NCBI GenBank assembly: GCA_016840165.1
Contig: JAEOSU010000031.1
Coordinates: 1-63,998, forward strand
From: Promethearchaeota archaeon
GTDB lineage: Archaea > Asgardarchaeota > Lokiarchaeia > Sigyniarchaeales > SOKP01
DNA: 63,998 nucleotides
Direction of reading: 5' to 3'
The notes beneath the pieces were generated by a model. It searched no databases and was not told the DNA's origin. It saw nothing but the letters and a program-made list of their open reading frames with translations. This document shows positions 50,891 through 60,177 of the stretch, piece after piece. Each line of letters begins with the position of its first letter. Positions within the stretch are counted from its first letter, which is position 1. Made by a program: the position numbers and the translations under genes.

Positions 50891-50904
50891 TGAATAAATA
50901 TTCA
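50891..50904. promoter_or_regulatory. TGAAT-N4-ATTCA palindrome
   Basis: TGAATAAATATTCA, 6 bp upstream of the OsmC-like start codon. Confidence 0.55.
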
Positions 50905-50953
50905 CAACTATTAGGTAGTATAAATCAGCTTAGAATTTAAAATTAATTAAAGT

Positions 50954-51565
50954 ATGATAAAATCCTTTGTAGAACTAAAGATTATATATAAATTAAGATC
51001 TAATATTCTTATCATCAAATTATTAGAGAGTATGATTGAAATGGAAGGGAAAACAGTTGCAGAATCAAGAGTTGAACTTGCCCAAATTATGTATCCCGAA
51101 CATGCAAATCCCGCTGGGAACGTTCACGGGGGTTATATCTTAAAACTTATTGACCAAGCAGGTGCTATTGTCGCAGCAAGACATACGCATTCAAATGTAG
51201 TAACCGCATCCGTGGATAGGATGGATTTCATCTCACCCGCTTATATTGGAAATTTAGTATTTGCTAAGGCGTCGCTTAATTATGTAGGAAGAACCTCGAT
51301 GGAAATAGGTGTGAGAATTGAAGCAGAATGCTTGAAGACCGGAAGACACACCCATATTGGCTCTGCATATTTAACTTTTGTAGCTTTAGATGAAGCCGAT
51401 AATCCTATTGAAATTCCGAAACTCATCCCAGAAACAGAAGAGGAAAAACGAAGATACTCAGAAGCAAAAGAACGAAGAATGAAACGTTTAAAGAAAAGTA
51501 AAATTGCTAGAAATGAGCCCCAACCGTGTATTGTTCGACCTGAAAAATTAGAAAAAACAAAATAA
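50954..51565 (+). CDS. Acyl-CoA thioesterase (YciA-type hotdog)
   Basis: HANPAGNVHGG, VVTASVD, GRTSMEIGV; true start probably near 51041. Confidence 0.9.
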   Translation: MIKSFVELKIIYKLRSNILIIKLLESMIEMEGKTVAESRVELAQIMYPEHANPAGNVHGGYILKLIDQAGAIVAARHTHSNVVTASVDRMDFISPAYIGNLVFAKASLNYVGRTSMEIGVRIEAECLKTGRHTHIGSAYLTFVALDEADNPIEIPKLIPETEEEKRRYSEAKERRMKRLKKSKIARNEPQPCIVRPEKLEKTK

Positions 51566-51724
51566 AATAATTAGTTTATTTGTTCTTTTTGGACATTTAG
51601 AGCCATATTTATAATATAGTATTTTTGCAACCTCTTTGGAGGTATTCTAAATAAATATTTTTATATATTCTAAAATCATAATTTTATGTATTAACTTTTT
51701 TTACAAAATTGGAAGGAAAAATAG

Positions 51725-53359
51725 ATGGCGAAAACAAGAACGATTATTTTAAATATTGTAATATTAATTATAGCACTTATTGTCATTTTCATCATCGTGG
51801 AGATCTTTACCAATTTTTTTGGTCATAGCGAGGAACTTATAAGTTTTTTTAATTCTTTTCTTACGGGAGGTATTTTATCGATGATTTATATGATTCTTGG
51901 TTTGGGACATATTCCACTTTCAATTATTTTCGGAATAATTCTTATCTGGAAAAGGTATAAAATAAAAGTCTACCCGTTTGTCTTAGTAATTTGGATTTAT
52001 CCATTACTTTCTTTTTTACCATTATTTATACCATTTTTCTTTAGGCCAGAGGATATCTCTAGTATGTTCTCATCTAGTTTTATTGTTAGTTCTGCTGCAA
52101 TTATTTTGCCTTCATTAAGTATTTCAATTCTCGCATTATTATGTAAAAGAACGGAAAAAGAACGACAGATGGTTGGCGGAAGAGAAATAAGTATAAGAGC
52201 CCCAACAGTCGCTAGAAGTTTTCCGTTAGAAAGGGAACTAATATTTATTAGTTATGCAACCGTCGATTCAAATTTTTTTCAGATTCCGAGACTTACGCGA
52301 ATATTGACTAGTTATCCAGAGATTGACAAAATTCTTTACTGGGAGTCAGATATGCACGATGATATATATAGATACATGGATTCTAATTTAAAGCGTAGTA
52401 AAATAGTACTTTTATTTTGCTCTAAAAATTCTCTTTATTCCGAATCAGTCAATATGGAATGGAGTTCAGCATTAAAATTGAATAAGCGGATTATCCCTAT
52501 ATTTACAAATCCAGAAAATATACCTGCATTATTAACAACCAAATTAGGAGTTCAATTTAATGTGAATGATCCTTTTTCTTCAATTGAGGATATTTACAAT
52601 ATGATATTAAAGAAATTAGAAGTTGAATCGGTTCGAGAATTTACAAGATATATTATACCAAAATGGATAAAAGCAGAGGATTTTTATCTTCAATTACCCT
52701 CTGAAGAGACGGTTGAAGAAACCTTAAGTTTCGAAAGTGATTTTCCTTCAAGTGAATTAGGAATTCAAATTGGTTCAATTCTGCAGAACAATAATTTTCA
52801 TGTTCCTGGACTGAAAAAAGCTCGAAAAGCAAAGAAAAAGAAAAAAAAGAAAGATACTTCTGAGTTAACTGAGGAACCTGATTTTACTACGTTTACTTCA
52901 TTCGCGGAGTTGCGAGATGATCCCGAGACGATTGCAATTTTAGTTAAAATTGAAAGAATAGCAGATGACAGCAGTAGTGTTTTACTTGATTTAAAAGGAA
53001 AAAGAGATTGGGTGTTAAAAGAAATCTTGAAAGATATTGATTTAAAACTAATTGAACTAAAAAGCAAAACAGAGCTTATTCGTAATTATTCTAATAAAGT
53101 CATATCTTTAATGAAAAACATACCTGATATCGAAAGATTCTTAAGAAAAAATCTGGGTTCGAGTATTAAAAAGGTTGAAGAGCTTATCACACAATATAAA
53201 AACAAAGAATTTGATGAGGAACAATTTATCATTAAAGCTACTCAATCCATAGGAAAGGATTTTATTATTGTGTTCCTTAGAAACATTTCTTTAATCCTTA
53301 AAGAAAAGAAAGAAATGTTAGAGACTAGCCCACCAAGTCAAACTCAAATTGCATTCTAA
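51725..53359 (+). CDS. Multi-TM - TIR - appendage-platform-like - helical module protein
   Basis: About 4 N-terminal TM helices; IFISYATVD...FCSKNS...NMEW TIR; C-terminal half aligns by eye with the C-terminus of 14916..18047. Confidence 0.8.
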   Translation: MAKTRTIILNIVILIIALIVIFIIVEIFTNFFGHSEELISFFNSFLTGGILSMIYMILGLGHIPLSIIFGIILIWKRYKIKVYPFVLVIWIYPLLSFLPLFIPFFFRPEDISSMFSSSFIVSSAAIILPSLSISILALLCKRTEKERQMVGGREISIRAPTVARSFPLERELIFISYATVDSNFFQIPRLTRILTSYPEIDKILYWESDMHDDIYRYMDSNLKRSKIVLLFCSKNSLYSESVNMEWSSALKLNKRIIPIFTNPENIPALLTTKLGVQFNVNDPFSSIEDIYNMILKKLEVESVREFTRYIIPKWIKAEDFYLQLPSEETVEETLSFESDFPSSELGIQIGSILQNNNFHVPGLKKARKAKKKKKKKDTSELTEEPDFTTFTSFAELRDDPETIAILVKIERIADDSSSVLLDLKGKRDWVLKEILKDIDLKLIELKSKTELIRNYSNKVISLMKNIPDIERFLRKNLGSSIKKVEELITQYKNKEFDEEQFIIKATQSIGKDFIIVFLRNISLILKEKKEMLETSPPSQTQIAF

Positions 53360-53479
53360 ATTCAATTTCTTTTAATTTTTTTTTATATATGGAAAAGAAA
53401 ATTATAGATGAATTTCAAAAAAAATTCCTCAAAAAAAATAAAATAATAAAATAAATTACTTAATTATAAGCCATATTTT

Positions 53480-55204
53480 CTATAAAACTCCTGCGTCCTT
53501 GAGAATTTTTTTATGATCGAATGCTAAATCCATAGTTTTAATTTTTTCAATTGGTACTGCTTCAGCGGCTATTGCATCATCTCCTCCCATTATTTTTGAG
53601 AGATCTCGCACAAGTCGACATTTATAAGCATTTGAAACGATTCTTCCTCTTGGATCACGCCCTTTTTGATCATATACTCCAATTTTTCTAATTATTTCAA
53701 CCGCAAGATTAGTTTCTTCTCTTACTTCTCTTATAACCGCTTGTTTTGGATCTTCATTATATTTAATAAATCCTCCAGGTAGAGCGTATTTTCCCTTAAA
53801 TGGGGCATATTTTCTTTTAATTAAGATGACATTATTATTTTCTTGAATAACCGCATCAGCTGTATGTCCATATTTCAAGGCTCTTGTAGCTATTTTTCCA
53901 TATAAGAAATAACCTATTGTTATAAGCAAGAATGTACCTAAAAATATTGATATTATTGTATGAATTAAGGGTGATGGCTCTTCAGTCTCCCCTAATTTTA
54001 ACGCAATCCTAATTGCATTCATAAACTCTACAATAAATCCCGCTCCTAATAATATTTCTAAAAGATAAAGTGCTTTTTTTGTTTTTTTCTGATTTTCTTC
54101 ATTCCTCTTGAGATATAATTCTTGCATTGATTCGTAGAGCATTTGAAACTTATTATTAGTTCGTTCTATTATCGTTTCTAACCGGAATTGATCGATTAAA
54201 TGAGTTAAAACACTTGTATAATGTTGACGGGGATTCCAATCTAATTCGCTATAAATAAGACTCATCTTAGTGTTAATCATTCCTCGTAAAAATCTTAGAT
54301 TTTTCGTCTTCTCTTCGATTTTTTCTAAGCTCATAAACACATCAGAATAGCGTTTCATGAATAACACATCAAGAGAATTATTAATTGACATTAAAGCAAA
54401 TAGGACGGCTCTCATCTTGGGAGTGGGTTCTAAAATATGTTCGTTTATATATCCAAATTCTGGTTCAAAATTCTTTTCTATCATATATATAAAACCAGAA
54501 TTTCTTTTTATATAGTGTAATTCAGTTAAACGATTAGATAAGTTATTCTTAACTCTTCTTTGAAGAGTTTTTTCACTATAATCGCCCCATTGACCCGCAT
54601 ATATATTTGTCCAATATCCAAGAACATTCTTATATTTTTCTATATTTTCCGCACTCCACTGGATTTCAATAGGTAAAGTTTTCTTTGTTATTATGAAATC
54701 ATAAATTGGACTTTCGGTATCAAGAAGAAGAAACTGATTTTCTGGTTTTTTTTGATAATCCTTGAGAATATCAATTACGATAAAAGGAATTTGTTGAATT
54801 AAATCTGGTGTTATTTTTTCTTTATTATATGGCTCATTTTTGTAATACTCTACTTCTAATTTGAAGTATCCCAAAGTGTTATAGACTAAATCTTTATTAT
54901 CTTCAGTATAAGGATTATTTTCATCGATATAAGGAAAGTTTTGAAAAAAGGGTTCCCAATCACACTCTATTACTACAGATTTTGCCATATCTATTAAAAT
55001 ATTCTTCTTTTCCTCAGCATGTGGATATTTTTCTAAAAAAACAAATGATTTTCTTAAATCATTCTCAGATAAATTCTTCAGTTTATTTAACAATAATGCT
55101 TCTATTTCTTCAGCCTTTGTCTCTCCTATAAATTCATTGGTATTTATGAACGCACTTATATACCAATATTCTTTCTCGTAGATAAACCTTAAGTTATCTT
55201 CCAT
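53480..55204 (-). CDS. CorA-like two-TM protein fused to a C-terminal Nudix (ADP-ribose pyrophosphatase-like) domain
   Basis: Long stalk helix running into 2 TMs; Nudix box GFIKYNEDPKQAVIREVREETNL; RDPRG, GDDA and LAFDH. Nudix call is strong, CorA-like call moderate. Confidence 0.72.
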   Translation of the reverse strand: MEDNLRFIYEKEYWYISAFINTNEFIGETKAEEIEALLLNKLKNLSENDLRKSFVFLEKYPHAEEKKNILIDMAKSVVIECDWEPFFQNFPYIDENNPYTEDNKDLVYNTLGYFKLEVEYYKNEPYNKEKITPDLIQQIPFIVIDILKDYQKKPENQFLLLDTESPIYDFIITKKTLPIEIQWSAENIEKYKNVLGYWTNIYAGQWGDYSEKTLQRRVKNNLSNRLTELHYIKRNSGFIYMIEKNFEPEFGYINEHILEPTPKMRAVLFALMSINNSLDVLFMKRYSDVFMSLEKIEEKTKNLRFLRGMINTKMSLIYSELDWNPRQHYTSVLTHLIDQFRLETIIERTNNKFQMLYESMQELYLKRNEENQKKTKKALYLLEILLGAGFIVEFMNAIRIALKLGETEEPSPLIHTIISIFLGTFLLITIGYFLYGKIATRALKYGHTADAVIQENNNVILIKRKYAPFKGKYALPGGFIKYNEDPKQAVIREVREETNLAVEIIRKIGVYDQKGRDPRGRIVSNAYKCRLVRDLSKIMGGDDAIAAEAVPIEKIKTMDLAFDHKKILKDAGVL

Positions 55205-55541
55205 TTTCTTTTGCCCTCAATTTTCTTTTATAAGATAATTGATTAAATTATTATTAAATTGTTATTCTATTTATTACTTTTTTTTTTCTATCCCTTAAAA
55301 GTAAATCCTCCAAATTACATCTAAGGTTTTATAAGGTATTTTTTAAAAACAGGGGAAAATGTAGTAGACGTATTCAAAAGCTTATCTAAGTTAATGCTTA
55401 CAAAATATAAAGATGATTAAAAGATTGAGGTTAAATTTAATCGCATACGTATTCCTTAAACAAGTGTAAAAATTAAATATTTAAATAGTTAAGAAATCTA
55501 ATTAATTTTAATCTAAAATAAATTTAACTTAGAAGTAAAAA

Positions 55542-55988
55542 GTGAATAAGATTATGAGTGAAAGTAAAGTAAAATCATCTAGTAGTGTATTAAACCTATT
55601 ATTAATAATTCTGGGGTTACTGTTTATTTTTATGGCAATATTAAACTTCCTCTTATTAGCAGGTATTTATGTACCAGATTTTCTATCAGGTATTAGTTCA
55701 GAAGAATTGTCAATTTTTGGCAGTCAAGGATTTATTTCCATAGCGTTAGGATTCTGGAGCATTGTAGCTGGTGTTGGAATGTTTAGAGAAGCAGAGTGGG
55801 CAATGGGGCAAGCACTTGTTATTCTTAGTATAATGGTAATTTCTGGTATCTCCCCGATATTTACTTGGATCACAAGTCCTTGGTTGTTTGACATACAATA
55901 TTGGCCGAATTATATTACCTTAATAGCTTTCGTTGGGGGTATCATTGGATTTATCTGGCTGCTAGTTACACGTAAAAGGTATGACTAA
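55542..55988 (+). CDS. Four-TM membrane protein
   Basis: Four hydrophobic helices, basic C-terminus. Confidence 0.72.
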   Translation: MNKIMSESKVKSSSSVLNLLLIILGLLFIFMAILNFLLLAGIYVPDFLSGISSEELSIFGSQGFISIALGFWSIVAGVGMFREAEWAMGQALVILSIMVISGISPIFTWITSPWLFDIQYWPNYITLIAFVGGIIGFIWLLVTRKRYD

Positions 55989-56260
55989 ACTTACTATAAA
56001 TTATCACATGCTCCTAATGGTGTAAAAACCTTAGAATTTTTTATTTTTTCAACTAATTTTTTAAATCTAGCTTAAATATTCTTAAGTATCCAGCATTTAA
56101 TTTTAAATAGTAGAGATTTAATCCATTCCACAATGGATCTAACTATTTTTTTATTAACTCGACAATTTTATCAAAATATTTATATAAAATATTCGGTTAT
56201 TTAACTTTAATTTTTTAGAAATTCAAACTAGAGCTCTAAACATATAAAAGGTGTTTTTAG

Positions 56261-59200
56261 TTGGAAATGGAATTACCTGATAAGAAATTAAAAGAAAGTT
56301 TTGAATATCCTCAGCATTTATACCCAAAAAGAAAAGGACTTGCAAAAGCTTTTCACATGACTCAAAGTTTTGGCCATAGTAGTGATGTAACCTCAGTTAT
56401 TATCTCTCACAAAAGAGATTATATTATTAGTGGTTCAAAAGATAAGACTTTAAAAGTTTGGGAATTTGCAACAGGGAATTTATTAAAAACCATAGAGGCA
56501 CATAATGAGCCTATCTTATCTGTAGCAATCGCTGTAGATGATTCTTATATTTTTACATGCTCTTCAGATCACTTAATAAAAGTATGGGGATTAAGAGCAG
56601 GACATCTTATTAACGAATTTAAAGATCATACTGATTCGGTTACTTCATTAAAAGTAACTTATGATGGAAAATATCTTATTAGCGGCTCTAAAGATAAATA
56701 TGCGATAATCTGGGATATATTAAATGCAAAACCTATCCATAAATACCAACATAAGAGTGGGATAACCTCAATTGATGTGACTAAGGATGGTAACTTATTA
56801 CTCTGTGGAGATGAGGATGGAGTCATCACAATATGGGATTTGAATAAAAATAAATTTGTTCGGACTATAAAAGGACATTCAGGAGCAATAACATCATTAT
56901 CGATTTCCGCTGATTTAGAATATTTTAGCAGTGGATCTGATGATAACACAGTGAGAGTTTGGGACCTTTCAAAAGGAAAACCCCTCCAGATTTACAAAGA
57001 TCATTCTAATGCGGTACGCTGTGTTGCGATATCACCAAAAGGAAACTTATTAGTTAGTGGGTCTGATGATAAAACCATTAAACTACGCAATATAGAAACT
57101 GGTGTTACTCTTAGGACATTAAGGGGATATACTAAAGAAATATTATCTATTGCTTTTTCCCCCGAGGGTGATTATATTGTAACAGGCTCCACAGACAATA
57201 ATATTATGGTTTGGGAAATAATGGAAGGAAAATTAGAAAATACTATTAATGCTCACTCGGATGGCATAAATGTGGTATCTATTTCTCCTGAAGGAAATTA
57301 TGTTGCTTCTGGTTCTAATGATAAAACTGTGAAATTATGGGATATCACAAACCAGAAACTTGTAAGAACGTTTATCGGACATAAAAAACCAATTAGTTCA
57401 ATCGCTTTTTCCCAAAATCAGAAGTTTCTTATTAGTAGTTCTTTAGATAAGGATGCAATTATTTGGGACATAAGTGGTTCAAGGGCACTAACTTCAATAA
57501 ATAAGATTGGAACAAACGTAAACTCTTTAGTGTTTACCCCTACAACCAATCAGATAATGATGGGTTTAAGTAATAATTATTTAAAAATGTGGGATATGAA
57601 TTCAAGGGAATTTATATGGGAATCAAAAGAACATAAAGGTTCTATAACGGATATAAAATTCACTCCAAATGGAAAATATTTCGTTACTTCATCAGAAGAT
57701 AAACATTTGAAGATTTGGGATTTTGTATCTAGAGAAGTAATTAAAGATCTTAGTGGTCATAAAGGAAAAATATTGTCTCTTGATATTGCACCAAATGGTG
57801 CTAAAATCTCCAGCGGCGCTGATGATAATACAGTAAAAATCTGGGACTTTTATACTGGAGATTTAATTAAGAGTCTTGAGAACCATACTAATGAGGTTTC
57901 AAGTATTTCATATTCACCGATAGGGAATTGTTTCATAAGTGGGTCAGGAGATGAAACAATTAAAGTATGGGATAACTCAAAATATGAATTAATTCAGTCA
58001 TTTGAAGGCCATCAGAAACCAGTATCCTCAATTGATATTACTAATGATGGAAAATATGCAATTAGTGGCTCTCAGGATGGAACGTTGAAATTTTGGTCTC
58101 TTACGTTCGGTGGAATATTTAAAAATATTAAAGGTCATACTGAAAATGTTAATTCGGTTGCCGTTTCATCAGACAAACAATATGCCGTCAGTGGATTATC
58201 GAATAAATCATTAATTGTATGGAATCTTTCTAATGGAAATTTAATAAAAACTCTAAAAGGTCATAATGATATAATTAGTTCGGTCGCATTTTTGTCAGGA
58301 GGAAAAAATGTGGTAAGTGCTTCCTATGATAATACCTTAAAAATTTGGGACATTAAAACTGGTGAGGTATTGTGGAATTTGAATGGCCATAACGGACCCG
58401 TGACTTCTGTAGCAGCTTCTTCTGACGGTAAATTTGTAGTAAGTGGCTCAAAAGATAAAACTATTATAATATGGGAGCCTTCTACTGGCAAACTACTAAA
58501 GAGACTAAAAGATCACGCTAGTGGTGTCACATCAGTAGATATTTCTCCTAATGGAGAATTAATCGCAAGTGGATCTGAAGATAATTCAATAAATATATGG
58601 AATATGAAAAAAGGAAAACTAATTCGCACTTTAAAAGGGCATAATGGAGTAGTAACTTCAGTTGCATTTTCACCGGATAGTGAATATCTTGCCAGTGGTT
58701 CAAAAGATCAATCTGTGAAATTATGGAAACTTAATACTGGCGAACTTGATTACTCTTTTGAAAGATTAAATAGTCCTGTGTTGACAGTAACTTTTTCATC
58801 GGATGGTTCCTTTATAGCTTGTGGTACAGAAGATAATTTTGTGAGGGTTTGGGATTTTCATGAGAAATACCAAAGTTCATACTATTACTTGTCAAAAGTA
58901 AATTCAGCAACATTTATTCCAAATACAAATCAAATTATTGCAGGTTATGATTCAGGAGATGTGTTAATATGGGACTTATTAATGGAAGAACAAGAACAAC
59001 TTTTACAAGAACTTCGCGCTAAATTATCGGATATTGAAGAAATGATTAATAATAATAATTATTCAGAGGCTATTGAAAGTTTAAATTATATTTTAGAGAC
59101 TGCAAATGTGTTTAACTTTGAGGAAATAAGATCAATTGCTTTTGAAAAACTAAAAAACTTAAGAGATCCAGAAGAAACACAAAGTAATATTAGAAAAATA

Positions 59201-59926
59201 TTGGAATTCGAATATAAAAATCAGAGAGATATTACTAAAGCTGAGATGGTAAATCAACTTAATATTGAAATTTCAGAGACGGATTATTATACAAGTTTGC
59301 TATCGACTACCATCAATTATGATCCCTCCGAAATACCCCAATTAGAAAGCTTAGGAACAAAAATCCTAAAAAAATTCATCAGTCCCACTTCCTACGATTT
59401 AATTATTAAATTGGAGTATGATTATAAGCGAGCTTTTAAAATTGCTAAATTTCTCTTAGATAGAGGATTTATTCAACATTTTCGAAATTATCCCATTGTT
59501 GGAGAACAAATTGAGGCAGGGAAAAAGATAGAGGATTTAATTATATTTATCAGTTATGCTACGGTTGACGCAGATTTATATAAAGTAGAAGAATTAGCGT
59601 CGAGATTAGAGTCCTATAAGGAAATTAAAAAAGTTTTATACTGGCAAGAACACATGACAGATAATATCATCAAATATATGAGTGATAATTTAGCAAGATG
59701 CAGCACAATGATTTTACTTTGCTCAGAAAATGCTCTTAATTCGAGTCCTGTAGATAAAGAGTGGACTGCTGCAGATGCAATAGGTAAACCAATAATTCCT
59801 GTATTTTTAAAACAAGAACATATACCTCCACTTCTTAAATCAAGATTAGGACTTCAATATGATCTTGTAGATTTTGAGAAAAATATAATGCAGCTTCACA
59901 GTTTAATTTTAAAAAAATGTCAATAA
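56261..59926 (+). CDS. 21-WD40-repeat - helical hairpin - winged-helix-like - TIR protein
   Basis: 21 GH...WD-type repeats counted; C-terminal IFISYATVD...LCSENA...DKEW TIR. Confidence 0.92.
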   Translation: MEMELPDKKLKESFEYPQHLYPKRKGLAKAFHMTQSFGHSSDVTSVIISHKRDYIISGSKDKTLKVWEFATGNLLKTIEAHNEPILSVAIAVDDSYIFTCSSDHLIKVWGLRAGHLINEFKDHTDSVTSLKVTYDGKYLISGSKDKYAIIWDILNAKPIHKYQHKSGITSIDVTKDGNLLLCGDEDGVITIWDLNKNKFVRTIKGHSGAITSLSISADLEYFSSGSDDNTVRVWDLSKGKPLQIYKDHSNAVRCVAISPKGNLLVSGSDDKTIKLRNIETGVTLRTLRGYTKEILSIAFSPEGDYIVTGSTDNNIMVWEIMEGKLENTINAHSDGINVVSISPEGNYVASGSNDKTVKLWDITNQKLVRTFIGHKKPISSIAFSQNQKFLISSSLDKDAIIWDISGSRALTSINKIGTNVNSLVFTPTTNQIMMGLSNNYLKMWDMNSREFIWESKEHKGSITDIKFTPNGKYFVTSSEDKHLKIWDFVSREVIKDLSGHKGKILSLDIAPNGAKISSGADDNTVKIWDFYTGDLIKSLENHTNEVSSISYSPIGNCFISGSGDETIKVWDNSKYELIQSFEGHQKPVSSIDITNDGKYAISGSQDGTLKFWSLTFGGIFKNIKGHTENVNSVAVSSDKQYAVSGLSNKSLIVWNLSNGNLIKTLKGHNDIISSVAFLSGGKNVVSASYDNTLKIWDIKTGEVLWNLNGHNGPVTSVAASSDGKFVVSGSKDKTIIIWEPSTGKLLKRLKDHASGVTSVDISPNGELIASGSEDNSINIWNMKKGKLIRTLKGHNGVVTSVAFSPDSEYLASGSKDQSVKLWKLNTGELDYSFERLNSPVLTVTFSSDGSFIACGTEDNFVRVWDFHEKYQSSYYYLSKVNSATFIPNTNQIIAGYDSGDVLIWDLLMEEQEQLLQELRAKLSDIEEMINNNNYSEAIESLNYILETANVFNFEEIRSIAFEKLKNLRDPEETQSNIRKILEFEYKNQRDITKAEMVNQLNIEISETDYYTSLLSTTINYDPSEIPQLESLGTKILKKFISPTSYDLIIKLEYDYKRAFKIAKFLLDRGFIQHFRNYPIVGEQIEAGKKIEDLIIFISYATVDADLYKVEELASRLESYKEIKKVLYWQEHMTDNIIKYMSDNLARCSTMILLCSENALNSSPVDKEWTAADAIGKPIIPVFLKQEHIPPLLKSRLGLQYDLVDFEKNIMQLHSLILKKCQ

Positions 59927-59994
59927 TTATCTATCTTCACTAAATTTCTTTTTTCTCTTTTTATTTTCAACAAAATCTAAGAAATTAAGAATAA

Positions 59995-60138
59995 TTAACT
60001 ATATTTTTCCTTCCATTTTTTTATTTTATCTTCAGGTTTATCTTTCATTTTACATTTTTTATGGACTTGATCCTGTAAATTCCATTGATCTTCAAGCAAA
60101 TCATCTAATTCATCATCTTCACATTTTTCTTCATCCAT
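59995..60138 (-). CDS. Unannotated 47-aa acidic/basic peptide
   Basis: MDEEKCEDDELDDLLEDQWNLQDQVHKKCKMKDKPEDKIKKWKEKYS*; GAGGG upstream; co-oriented 39 bp after 60178..61308. Confidence 0.45.
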   Translation of the reverse strand: MDEEKCEDDELDDLLEDQWNLQDQVHKKCKMKDKPEDKIKKWKEKYS

Positions 60139-60177
60139 TATAAATCCCTCGTTCTTTTTTGATTTTATTTATTAATT

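Noticed and set aside
4415-56949. Many 60-115-aa ORFs nested in or antisense to longer genes (e.g. 4415..4729, 27390..27677, 40737..41084, 52798..53067, 56659..56949)
   Set aside because: Fully overlap confident CDSs and have no recognisable motifs
56370-58980. About 126-bp periodicity
   Set aside because: Protein-level WD40 repeats with diverged DNA; not a DNA array or an evident DGR template/variable pair, and no reverse transcriptase is present
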